DNA from: an uncultured Planctomycetia bacterium
Lineage (GTDB): Bacteria > Omnitrophota > Gorgyraeia > 1-14-0-20-64-10
Length of the DNA stretch: 43,917 bases
Assembly: GCA_964343105.1 (NCBI GenBank)
Contig: CAYFHV010000001.1
Location: forward strand, 4,884-48,800
Direction: 5' to 3'
The translations under genes and the position numbers were made by a program. Positions 8,876 through 16,827 of the stretch are shown here, piece after piece. The notes under the pieces were generated by a model. It was not told the DNA's origin and ran no database searches. It saw only the letters and a list, made by a program, of their open reading frames with translations. Positions within the stretch are counted from its first letter, which is position 1, and each line of letters opens with the position of its first letter.

Positions 8876-8967
8876 CCACTGCTTTGATGGCTAGCGATTC
8901 TCGCATCCTCCACTAAGCCGAGAGGCATACCACGGTTGCCTGAGGGACGATGCCATCAAAGCAGTGG
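8876..8967. repeat. 16-bp perfect inverted repeat (CCACTGCTTTGATGGC / GCCATCAAAGCAGTGG) enclosing 60 nt and abutting the tRNA-Ala 3' end
   Basis: Arms at 8876-8891 and 8952-8967 are exact reverse complements. The right arm overlaps the last 3 nt of the tRNA. The interior has smaller hairpins (GCGA-gaa-TCGC, GGCA...TGCC). Function unknown. Confidence 0.8.
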
Positions 8968-9037
8968 ACCGGAGGGGATTCGAACCCCTGGCCTCGTGAG
9001 TGCGATTCACGCGCTCTCCCAACTGAGCTACCGGCCC
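8965..9037 (-). tRNA. tRNA-Ala (anticodon CGC)
   Basis: The reverse complement reads GGGCCGGTAGCTCAGTTGGGAGAGCGCGTGAATCGCACTCACGAGGCCAGGGGTTCGAATCCCCTCCGGTCCA. It has a 7-bp acceptor stem with the G3:U70 alanine identity pair and a D arm GCTC/GAGC. The anticodon stem is CGTGA/TCACG with loop AT-CGC-AC, and the T arm contains GGTTCGAATCC. CCA is not encoded. Confidence 0.93.
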
Positions 9038-9054
9038 GAATTCCCGGCGATGGG

Positions 9055-10128
9055 TCACCGCTTGTCGCTGGCGGCTCGAATGAGGCTGGAGAGTTCCTCC
9101 GCGTCAGGAGACCGCCGGCGGATCTCCTCCCAGGTCACGAGTTGTTTGAGGTAAAGCTCCGTGTAGGACTGATTCATCGTCCACATGCCGAACTTCCTCC
9201 CCGTCTGGATGACCGACCGGAGCTGCTCGAGCTCGTTCTCCCGGATGAGGTTGCCAACGGAAGGGGTTACCGGCATGACCTCGCAGGCCGGCACCCTTCC
9301 CTGCCCGCTGGCCCGCGGCAGAAGGCGCTGGACCACGACGCCCACCAGCACCAGGGAAAGCTGAAGCCGGATCTGCGCCTGCTGGTAGGGCGGGAAGACA
9401 TCCACGATGCGCTGAATGGCGTGGACCGCGTCCGATGTGTGCAGGGTGGTCAGGACCAAGTGCCCGGTCTCCGCCAGGGTGAGGGCGGCGGACATGGTGT
9501 CCAGGTCCCGCATCTCGCCGATCATGATGACATCGGGATCCTCCCGAACCAGATGCCGCAGCGCCTCGTGAAATGAGACGGTGTCCACGCCGACTTCCCG
9601 CTGGTTGATGGTCGCCTTCTTGTGGCGATGGAGGTACTCGATCGGATCCTCCACGCAGAGGATGTGGCAGTTGCGCTGGCCGTTGATGGTTCCGAGCATC
9701 GCCGCCAGCGTGGTGGATTTGCCGCAGCCGGTGGGGCCGCTCACGATGAAGAGACCTGTCGGCCGGCTCGCAAAATCGTTCAGGATTTCGGGCAGGCCGA
9801 GCTCCGGGATGGAGGGGATCTCGAAGGGGATGACCCGGATGGCGGCGGCGACCGACCCCCGCTGGCGGTAGAGATTGACCCGGAAGCGGGAGAGGCCCCG
9901 GATGCTGTAAGCGGTATCCAGCTCCCGATCCTGCTTGAAGCGGGCAATCTGCTCCGGCAGGAGCATCTGGAAGGCGAGGGTCTCCGCTTCCTCGGAGGTG
10001 AGGGGGGAACCGGGGAGCGGCGTGAGGATCCCGTCAATCCGAAGCTGGGGTGGTAGGCCGACGGTCAGGTGAAGGTCGCTCGCCCTGCGATCAACGGCAG
10101 CCTTGAGGAGCTCCTGGATGGAGGACAT
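9055..10128 (-). CDS. pilT: type IV pilus retraction ATPase PilT
   Basis: 357 aa. N-terminus ASDLHLTVGLPPQLRIDG, Walker A GPTGCGKST, and GHLVLTTLHT (His box), with typical PilT length. Confidence 0.9.
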   Translation of the reverse strand: MSSIQELLKAAVDRRASDLHLTVGLPPQLRIDGILTPLPGSPLTSEEAETLAFQMLLPEQIARFKQDRELDTAYSIRGLSRFRVNLYRQRGSVAAAIRVIPFEIPSIPELGLPEILNDFASRPTGLFIVSGPTGCGKSTTLAAMLGTINGQRNCHILCVEDPIEYLHRHKKATINQREVGVDTVSFHEALRHLVREDPDVIMIGEMRDLDTMSAALTLAETGHLVLTTLHTSDAVHAIQRIVDVFPPYQQAQIRLQLSLVLVGVVVQRLLPRASGQGRVPACEVMPVTPSVGNLIRENELEQLRSVIQTGRKFGMWTMNQSYTELYLKQLVTWEEIRRRSPDAEELSSLIRAASDKR

Positions 10129-10142
10129 GTCCGGGAGGGCGG

Positions 10143-10571
10143 CTACTGATCCCGGAGGAGATGGTTTCCGCCGAATGCCCTTCCGTTGAAGGCTTGGTCC
10201 ACCTCGATTGTCGTCCCGTGGTGTCCGCCTCCCCCGGTTCGCGTCGCCCGGGCGGTGAAGGTGGTCGCGGCGAACGCCGGGGTCGAAAAGTCCCAGTAGG
10301 TGTTTGTATTTCCCGGATCGGGATCGGTGAGGTAGCGCCCGGGCACAAGGTCCTCCCGGAGCCGGCCGTAGCTGTTTTCATCCAGCCGGTACATCCTTTC
10401 GGCCTCGAAGATGGCGGCCAGAACCGACTGGCCGTCCCTCACCCTGCCCCTTTCGAGGGCACGAGAGAAATTGGGAATGGCCACTGCGGCCAGGATGCTC
10501 AAGATCACAATGGCGGCCAGGAGCTCAAGGAGGGTGAAGGCAAGCAAAGGGCGTGATACCGGAGGTCGCAT
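10143..10571 (-). CDS. prepilin-type pilin/pseudopilin-like protein
   Basis: N-terminus MRPPVSRPLLAFTLLELLAAIVILSILAAVAIPNF is a class III signal with Ala at -1. It lies between the major pilin gene and pilT. Confidence 0.75.
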   Translation of the reverse strand: MRPPVSRPLLAFTLLELLAAIVILSILAAVAIPNFSRALERGRVRDGQSVLAAIFEAERMYRLDENSYGRLREDLVPGRYLTDPDPGNTNTYWDFSTPAFAATTFTARATRTGGGGHHGTTIEVDQAFNGRAFGGNHLLRDQ

Positions 10572-10621
10572 CGGTATGCTCGTTCAGCCCCGGCTTTGGA
10601 CGGCCTGGCGACCTGACGCGA

Positions 10622-11008
10622 TCAGGGGCCGAGGCCGCCCACGCTGAAGGTCCTGCGGCCGTCGTTCGTTATGGTCCCTGTCACGGTGAGGCCCGCTGCT
10701 CCGCCCACCCCGGTCGCTGCGACGCCGCAGGCCGTCCCGGCAACGGTCGGGGCACCGAAATTGTAATTGGCGCTGGTCGGCGTAGAGACCATAAGATTCG
10801 CAAACGCGGCCGCGTACTCGGCGTGCTCCCCGTAGTACAGCAGCTCCGCCGTCAAGACAGCCCCGATGATGTTCTCGGCTTCGGCGACGCGAGAGCGACG
10901 GATCATCTTACCGAACTGGGGAAGCGCAACGGTGGCCAGGATGCCGACGATGATCACCACCACCAAAAGCTCGAGCAGCGTGAAACCGAACGACCGTGAA
11001 CGCTTCAT
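10622..11008 (-). CDS. type IV pilin / GspG-like major pilin
   Basis: MKRSRSFG|FTLLELLVVVIIVGILATVALPQF is a canonical G|F-T-L-x-E prepilin signal. An AAGGAGGG SD lies 5 nt before the ATG at 11008, and the gene has its own promoter-like element. The ORF-track start at 11065 was rejected. Confidence 0.82.
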   Translation of the reverse strand: MKRSRSFGFTLLELLVVVIIVGILATVALPQFGKMIRRSRVAEAENIIGAVLTAELLYYGEHAEYAAAFANLMVSTPTSANYNFGAPTVAGTACGVAATGVGGAAGLTVTGTITNDGRRTFSVGGLGP

Positions 11009-11055
11009 GGAACCCTCCTTTGTTTTTATGGCGTCTGGCGCCATCTGGTTGCTGA

Positions 11056-11084
11056 AGTGTATCAAGGCCCCACTGCCTTGTCAA
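11056..11084 (-). promoter_or_regulatory. sigma70-type promoter for the pilin gene (TTGACA-N17-TACACT)
   Basis: On the minus strand, TTGACA is at 11084-11079 and TACACT at 11061-11056, with exactly 17 nt between them. The predicted 5' UTR contains the palindrome ATGGCG-N5-CGCCAT (11028-11044). Confidence 0.5.
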
Positions 11085-11152
11085 GCGGTTCAAACCCTGA
11101 AGGCCCCCTTTTCTTCCAGCCCGGGCCGACGGGAAGGGCCCTTTTGCCTCTT

Positions 11153-12376
11153 TTACCCTCTGATCACCTGCGTCATCTGGAAGATCGGCAGATACATGGA
11201 GATGACGAGGGTGCCGATGACGAGGCCCATCCCGATCAGCATCACCGGCTCGAGGAGCGCGGTCATGCGGGTGATCGCGGTGCCGACCTGCTCCTCGTAA
11301 TACTTGGCGACCTCGTCCAGCATGTCGGGCAGCTTCCCGGTCTGCTCACCCACTGCCAGCATCTGACCCACCATGGGGGGGAAGACGTCGGTCTGGGTGA
11401 GGGGCTCAACCAGCGGGCGGCCTTCCCGGACGCCGGAGCGCATCTGCTCGATGACGGATGCCATGACCTTGTTGTCGCAGGTGACGATGGTGATCTCCAG
11501 GGCGTGGAGGATGGGCACGCCTGCGCGCAGGAGGGTGCCCAGGTTGGAGGAGAACTGCTCCGCCGAGGCGCCCTGGAAGATGGGGCCGAAGATCGGCATC
11601 TGGAGCTTGAAGCGGTCCAGCTGCCACCGGCCCGGCTTGGTTTTCACGTAGTTGGAAAGGAGGAACCCCGCGGCGAACCCGCCGCCCAGCAGGAACAGGA
11701 TGTATTTCTTCAGCGCGTTGGAGAACGCGATCACCATGCGGGTTAAGAGCGGCAGCTGGGCTCCGAAATTGGCGAACATGCCGCCAAAGGTTGGGATGAT
11801 CTTGAGGGTGAAGATGAAGATGGCGGCGATCGCCACGCAGAGCAGCATAGAGGGATAGATGAGAGCGGAAATCACCTTCGCCTGGATTGCCCCCATCTTC
11901 TCGAGATGCTGTCCGATCTGCGCCAGGGCCTTGGTGAGCTGCCCCGAGGCCTCCCCCGTTTCGACCAGACTGATCCAGAAGGGGGAGAAGATGGTGGGAT
12001 GCCTGGCGATGGCGTCCCGAAAGGTCGATCCGCCTCGGATGTCCCGCGTGATCTCCAGGGTGGCGTTGCTGAGCTTCTGTGACCGGACCTGGGTCGCCAC
12101 CGTTTCCAGGGCGCGCAGCAGCGGAAGCCCCGCTTCCGTCATGGCGGCCAGGGAGCGGGCGAAGATCACCAGATCCGGCGGCTTGACCCCCTTATGGAGC
12201 CGCCGGGCCCCCGCCCGAAGCGTCGTCGGTCCAAACGCCTCCTTCTCCCGGACGGAGACAACGAGGAGCTCCCGGTTCTGCAGGATGGTGACCGCCTCGT
12301 CCTGCGTGGGGGCCTCTACGACCCCTTCTTCTGAGCGGCCTCGCTGCGTCCTGGCCTGATAGGCGAAGTGCGGCAC
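11153..12376 (-). CDS. pilC: type IV pilus / T2SS inner-membrane platform protein PilC/GspF
   Basis: Two-repeat GspF architecture and a C-terminal LLEPVMLIGMGLVIGTLVISMYLPIF motif. A GTG start at 12376 follows the pilB TGA after a 4-nt gap and gives the typical FAYQA N-terminus. The longer ORF-track start overlaps pilB. Confidence 0.88.
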   Translation of the reverse strand: MPHFAYQARTQRGRSEEGVVEAPTQDEAVTILQNRELLVVSVREKEAFGPTTLRAGARRLHKGVKPPDLVIFARSLAAMTEAGLPLLRALETVATQVRSQKLSNATLEITRDIRGGSTFRDAIARHPTIFSPFWISLVETGEASGQLTKALAQIGQHLEKMGAIQAKVISALIYPSMLLCVAIAAIFIFTLKIIPTFGGMFANFGAQLPLLTRMVIAFSNALKKYILFLLGGGFAAGFLLSNYVKTKPGRWQLDRFKLQMPIFGPIFQGASAEQFSSNLGTLLRAGVPILHALEITIVTCDNKVMASVIEQMRSGVREGRPLVEPLTQTDVFPPMVGQMLAVGEQTGKLPDMLDEVAKYYEEQVGTAITRMTALLEPVMLIGMGLVIGTLVISMYLPIFQMTQVIRG

Positions 12377-12380
12377 CGGC

Positions 12381-14123
12381 TCAGCCCTCGGCGAAGGTGG
12401 TGCTGAACACCTCCTCCAGCGAGGTGGTCCCGGCAGCGGCCTTCTCCAGCCCGCTCTCAAACAGGGTCTTCATCCCCTCCTGGCGGCCGGCCTTCCGGAT
12501 CTCCTCCGCGGAGGCCCGCTGAACGATGAGCTCGCGGACCGGATCGGTGACGCGGAGCACCTCGTAGATGGCCATCCGGCCCCGGTACCCCACGTTCCGG
12601 CAGGCCTTGCAGCCCTTGGCACGATAGTACTTGCCAGCCGGCAGCTTGGCCTGTTCCTTGGTGGCCGCGTCCGGCTCAAAGGGCTCCCGGCATTCCGGAC
12701 AGAGGCGGCGGACGAGCCGCTGGCCGATCACGAGGAGCAGCGACGGGGACAGGAGAAACGGCTCGATCCCGAGGTCCACCAGGCGGGTGACTGCCGAAGG
12801 GGCGTCGTTGGTGTGCAGCGTGGAGAGGACCAGGTGCCCGGTGAGGGCGGCCCGGACGCAGATCTCCGCGGTCTCCAGATCGCGCACCTCCCCCAGCATG
12901 ATGATGTCTGGATCCTGGCGGAGGAAGGCGCGTAAGCCGGCCGCGAAGGTGAGACCGATGGTGGGCTTGGCCTGAACCTGGTTGATCCCCTCCATCTTGT
13001 ATTCCACCGGGTCCTCAATGGTCAGGAGATTCTTGGCCGGATTCTTCAGCTGGGTGAGGATCGTGTAGAGGGTGGTGGACTTGCCGCTTCCGGTGGGTCC
13101 GGTGATGAAGATGAGGCCGTAGGGGGCGCGGATCGTCCGTCCGACATCCTCGAGGGCCCTTCCCTCCAGACCCAGCGCCTTGAAGTCGGTCACCAGGTTC
13201 CCTTTGTCCAGAAGGCGGATGACGACCTTCTCCCCGTAGACCACCGGGATCGTCGAGACCCGCATGTCGATGGTGCGCTCGCCGATCTTGACGCTGAATC
13301 CACCGTCCTGCGGCAGCCGCTTCTCGGCGATGTCCATCCGGGCAAGGATCTTGACCCGGGAGACCATGGCGGGCAGGAGGTGGGCTGCCGGCGGATCCAC
13401 GGCCTGCAGGACGCCGTCGATCCGCAAGCGGATCGAGATCCGGGCCATCTGCGGCTCGATGTGGATGTCGCTGGCGCGCGAGTTGACGGCTTCCAGCATC
13501 AGAAGGTCCACGATGCGTACGACCTGGGCCTCCCCCGCCTGCTTGCCCAAATCCTCCACGGTGGCCGCGGAATCCTCGGGCCTCCACTCCTCCACCTGCT
13601 CCACGGAGCCGGGGGCGGCGGCCTGGCCGGTGCCCTCGTCGTAGCTGCCCGCAACCGCCTTCTTCAACAGATCGAGCTTGCCGTAGGCGCCCTCGATGCC
13701 CCGCTCAATGTCGCCGGGCGTGGCGATGACGGGCCGGATCTGGCATCGGCTGATGCGCCGCAGGTTGTCAATCAAGATGAGATCCAGCGGATCGGCCATC
13801 GCCACGGTCAGCTCGTTGTTGGACTTCGCAACGGGCAGGATCAGCTGCTTGCGGACCATCTCCTCGGTGAAGATCCTCTTGAGGGCCGGCAGGGATGCCT
13901 GGGTGATGTCCTGCTCGGTCAGCTGCCGGTACGGCATGCCGAGCTGCCGGCCCAGCACCTCGGCCAGCTGCACGTCCGTGACAAGCTTCAGCGCGACGAG
14001 CGCCTCCCCGAGTCTTTTCCCGGTTCCCTTCTGGAGCTGAATGGCCTCCTGGATCTGGGCCTCGGTGACCAGCCCTTCCTTGACGAGGATGTCTCCCAGG
14101 CGAAGGTGTGTCTTAAGGGCCAT
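12381..14123 (-). CDS. pilB: type IV pilus assembly ATPase PilB/GspE with MshEN-type N-terminal domain
   Basis: Walker A GPTGSGKST, GHLVLSTLHTNDA, and the tetracysteine motif CPECREP...CKACRNVGY. The N-terminus carries two RLGxxLV...Q repeats. Start at the ATG at 14123, separated from the secretin stop by a 4-nt gap. Confidence 0.9.
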   Translation of the reverse strand: MALKTHLRLGDILVKEGLVTEAQIQEAIQLQKGTGKRLGEALVALKLVTDVQLAEVLGRQLGMPYRQLTEQDITQASLPALKRIFTEEMVRKQLILPVAKSNNELTVAMADPLDLILIDNLRRISRCQIRPVIATPGDIERGIEGAYGKLDLLKKAVAGSYDEGTGQAAAPGSVEQVEEWRPEDSAATVEDLGKQAGEAQVVRIVDLLMLEAVNSRASDIHIEPQMARISIRLRIDGVLQAVDPPAAHLLPAMVSRVKILARMDIAEKRLPQDGGFSVKIGERTIDMRVSTIPVVYGEKVVIRLLDKGNLVTDFKALGLEGRALEDVGRTIRAPYGLIFITGPTGSGKSTTLYTILTQLKNPAKNLLTIEDPVEYKMEGINQVQAKPTIGLTFAAGLRAFLRQDPDIIMLGEVRDLETAEICVRAALTGHLVLSTLHTNDAPSAVTRLVDLGIEPFLLSPSLLLVIGQRLVRRLCPECREPFEPDAATKEQAKLPAGKYYRAKGCKACRNVGYRGRMAIYEVLRVTDPVRELIVQRASAEEIRKAGRQEGMKTLFESGLEKAAAGTTSLEEVFSTTFAEG

Positions 14124-14127
14124 CCGC

Positions 14128-15663
14128 TTATCGGACGATGTTGTCGACCGTCTCCACGATGGCCCGCTCCTTGAGGATGCGCTTGCGATATCCCTGAAGG
14201 TACCGCTGTTCCTTCTCCGAGAGAGGCGTCTGTTCCCTCTCGCGGGCAAAGGCCGGCCGGGGCTCGATGGAATCCTCCTCCAGGATGTGTGGCGTGATGA
14301 AGAGGAGGATCTCGGTGTTCTTCCGCTCCGTCTCGCTTCGTTTGAAGGGCAGTCCCACGATGGGAAGATCCCCCAGACCCGGCACGCGGCGGTTGGCGTC
14401 GGTGTTCTCCGTGGAGATGAGCCCCGCGATCATGGCGGTCCCGGAGCTGGGCACCATCACGGTGGTCCGGGCCAGGCGCCGGTTGGGGTCCTGGAACTTG
14501 GAGTTGAAGGAGGAGAGGATGACCCGGGAGACCTCCGGCTCGATGATCATCGTGACGTACTTGCCGTCGTTGACCATGGGGGTCACCCGCAGGATGGTTC
14601 CGACGGTCGTCCGCTCCGGCTCCTCGAAGCTTCTGCCGGTCTGCGTCTCGGAGGAGGAGGTGACACCGGTTACCGGCTCGGCGATGATCCGAACCTCCGC
14701 CACCTCGCCGGAGAGGGTCAAGAGCCGGGGCCTGGCCAGGAACTTCACGTCCTTTTCCGTCGCCAGGAGCTTCAGAAGGATGCTCGCGTCCTGCATGGAA
14801 AAGGTGCCGAAGGTGTTGGTTTCCGTGGCTCCGTCCAGCAACCCCAGGGACAGGGGGAAGAAGCTGGTTCTCTTGGGCGGAGTATAGGAGGCGAGCTGGC
14901 CGGTGGAGGTGCCGTACTCGATCCCGATGCGCCGCAGCGTGTCCAGCGTCACCTCGAGGACCTCTGCCTCGATGAAGATCTGCCTGGGCTTGGTGTCCAG
15001 CTGGGCGACCGTCTCCGCAATGGTTGCCATCCGCTCGGGGATGTCGGTCACGATCAGGGAATTCGTCCGCGGATCAGCGACCACCGAACCATGCTCGGTC
15101 AGCAGGGCGCGGATGATGGCGAGCAGCCCTCCTGCCCCTGGCTGGCCCGTGCCCCCGATCGCTCCACCGGCGGCGCCACCCGTTGAGGTGCTGGTTGTTC
15201 CCTCCGCCCCTCCGAGGGTCTCCTTGATCAGAGAGCCGGAAAGGCCGAAGGTCGGCAGGATCTCGCCGGCGGTGGGGACCACGCGCGCGTACCGGAGCTG
15301 GAACACCCGGGTGATCGTCTCCACCTTGGGCGCCCCGGACTCGGTGACGACATACAGGTTCTTTCCCTGCCTGGTATTGAGCGACAGGCTGTGGGCCCGG
15401 AGGATCGCCTCCAGGGCGTCGTGGATCGGGACCTGGTCGAGGTACAGGGTCACCAGCTTTTCCCGCACCGCCTCGGAGGCGACAAAGTTCATGCCGGACT
15501 GCTTGGACAGCAGCTTCAGCACATCCTCCAGATAAGCCTCGGTGACGTCCATGGAGATGGTCGGCGCCTTGTCCTGGTGCTGGAGCTGGGCATGGGTCGG
15601 GGCCGAGGCCCAGAGGGCCACGCCGATCAGGAACGCTGCGGAGAGAGTTCGACGCATGAGCAT
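14128..15663 (-). CDS. pilQ: secretin PilQ/GspD
   Basis: Signal peptide MLMRRTLSAAFLIGVALWASAPTHA, an N0-like domain, and a secretin core (VPGLGDLPIVGLPFKRSETERKNTEILLFITPHIL). A GGGAGG SD lies 5 nt before the ATG at 15663. Confidence 0.88.
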   Translation of the reverse strand: MLMRRTLSAAFLIGVALWASAPTHAQLQHQDKAPTISMDVTEAYLEDVLKLLSKQSGMNFVASEAVREKLVTLYLDQVPIHDALEAILRAHSLSLNTRQGKNLYVVTESGAPKVETITRVFQLRYARVVPTAGEILPTFGLSGSLIKETLGGAEGTTSTSTGGAAGGAIGGTGQPGAGGLLAIIRALLTEHGSVVADPRTNSLIVTDIPERMATIAETVAQLDTKPRQIFIEAEVLEVTLDTLRRIGIEYGTSTGQLASYTPPKRTSFFPLSLGLLDGATETNTFGTFSMQDASILLKLLATEKDVKFLARPRLLTLSGEVAEVRIIAEPVTGVTSSSETQTGRSFEEPERTTVGTILRVTPMVNDGKYVTMIIEPEVSRVILSSFNSKFQDPNRRLARTTVMVPSSGTAMIAGLISTENTDANRRVPGLGDLPIVGLPFKRSETERKNTEILLFITPHILEEDSIEPRPAFAREREQTPLSEKEQRYLQGYRKRILKERAIVETVDNIVR

Positions 15664-15685
15664 TTTGCCTCCCATTTTCCGTTTC

Positions 15686-16243
15686 TCATTTCTTTTGACC
15701 CTTCTGCCTGCTCGATTCCCGAGGTCGGACAAGGAGTTCCTTGCCATCCACCGAGACGGTGACCCCCTCCCGAGAAATCGCCACGATCTTCGCCCCGTCC
15801 ACCTCATCGCCGACGGAGTAGGCCTTCCGGTTGATGATCGCCTGGGGCTTGGCGACGCCCCAGAAGATCCCCTGAAGCTGCAGCTCCTCTGCGCCGGCGC
15901 TCGGCCCGGGAGCGGGACTGGCGGGCAAGGGCGGGCGTGTGGTCTGAGCGGCCAGCTGCTTTTCCAACTCGAGCTGACGGGCCCTCTCCTGAAGCTTGCC
16001 GAACAGAGGTCCCGGCAACTCAAAGGGGTTGCGGCCCGGATTCGGAGGCGCCTTGGGAGGGGCGGGGCTTGGAGTCGCCGCCGGCGTCTCCTCCGAGGGG
16101 ACCTCTGCCTTGGACGGGGCGGGGAGCGGAAGGAGCCCGGGTCCGGACGGGGATGGGGATTTGGATCGCGTGTTGGCCCAGATCAGGCCGAAAAGGATCA
16201 GCAGAAGGACAACAGCGAACTGCAGGATGCGGGTCTTGCTCAC
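15686..16243 (-). CDS. PilP/GspC-like bitopic protein (TM helix, Pro-rich linker, beta domain)
   Basis: TM helix ILQFAVVLLLILFGLIWA, a Pro/Ala-rich spacer, and C-terminal LQGIFWG..PQAIINRKAYSVGDEVDGAKIVAISREGVTV, which is typical of PilP/GspC homology regions. The GTG start overlaps the upstream TGA (GTGA), with AAGGAG upstream. Confidence 0.6.
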   Translation of the reverse strand: MSKTRILQFAVVLLLILFGLIWANTRSKSPSPSGPGLLPLPAPSKAEVPSEETPAATPSPAPPKAPPNPGRNPFELPGPLFGKLQERARQLELEKQLAAQTTRPPLPASPAPGPSAGAEELQLQGIFWGVAKPQAIINRKAYSVGDEVDGAKIVAISREGVTVSVDGKELLVRPRESSRQKGQKK

Positions 16244-16827
16244 CGCTTGATCTCCTTGAGCGCGATCGATGCCACGACGATTCGAACCCGCTGTCGAGCC
16301 CATTCCTCTGGTTTCAGGACCTCCAGGTCGATCGGCTGTCCCATCTCCAGCTCTTCCACCATCAGGAGAGGCCGGTGGCTCTCCGCAGCGTCGAGAAAGA
16401 GAAGCAGGTTCCGGAAGCTGGCCGTGGCCACCACCTCAATCTGGAGCTTCAGGTAAGGCTCAAGGGGCACCTCATCGCGGGGCACGACCGACTCGATGTC
16501 GAGGCCGTAATCCGTCGCCAGCCGCGTGATCTCGCTGGTGAGGGCAGGCGTCTCTCCCTGGAGCAGGAGGTCCTTCTCAAGGGCGTTGAGCTGCCTCGAG
16601 GAGCTGCCGATCTGCAGGAGCAGCTCACGGCGCTGGAGCTCCTCACTCAGCGTCCCGCTCAGCCTCTGCCGCCGCGTCGTCCAGGGTCCCTGGATGAAGA
16701 CAAAGCCGGTCAGCAGGGTGCCCAGCAGGAAGGCCGCCGTGATGAAGGTCAGGGCCTGCGTCCGCGTGATCCGGTTGAAGAACTCCCCGAGCTGTTCCTG
16801 CCAGGCGGGTCTTCCCTTCGGTTTCAT
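16240..16827 (-). CDS. PilO/GspM-like bitopic protein
   Basis: One TM helix (ALTFITAAFLLGTLLTGFVFI), a coiled-coil region and a C-terminal ferredoxin-like region. It lies between the PilMN and PilP-like genes, and its ATG overlaps the upstream stop (ATGA). Assigned by architecture and position, not by strong motifs. Confidence 0.58.
   Translation of the reverse strand: MKPKGRPAWQEQLGEFFNRITRTQALTFITAAFLLGTLLTGFVFIQGPWTTRRQRLSGTLSEELQRRELLLQIGSSSRQLNALEKDLLLQGETPALTSEITRLATDYGLDIESVVPRDEVPLEPYLKLQIEVVATASFRNLLLFLDAAESHRPLLMVEELEMGQPIDLEVLKPEEWARQRVRIVVASIALKEIKR

Noticed and set aside
8876-8967. Small self-cleaving ribozyme, SRP RNA or tRNA-like element in the 92-nt stem-loop
   Set aside because: On neither strand did I find the hammerhead CUGANGA/GAAA core, the SRP GGAAGCAGCC-type motif or a T-arm GTTCGAAT box. 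This is left as an unexplained structure, not a named RNA.
3902-9037. Genomic island integrated at the tRNA-Ala 3' end
   Set aside because: There is no integrase or recombinase gene, no direct repeat of the tRNA 3' end, and no GC shift in the adjacent genes. The inverted repeat next to the tRNA is not an att-type direct duplication.
14124-14249. N-terminal extensions proposed by the ORF track for pilB, and likewise for pilQ to 16023, pilC to 12460, argC to 39959, exbB to 20507, panD to 25553, rpsI to 40822 and cutA to 19281
   Set aside because: The extensions overlap the upstream gene or a repeat element, translate to Arg/Pro-rich junk, and lack an SD. Internal starts give canonical N-termini and tight stop/start coupling.
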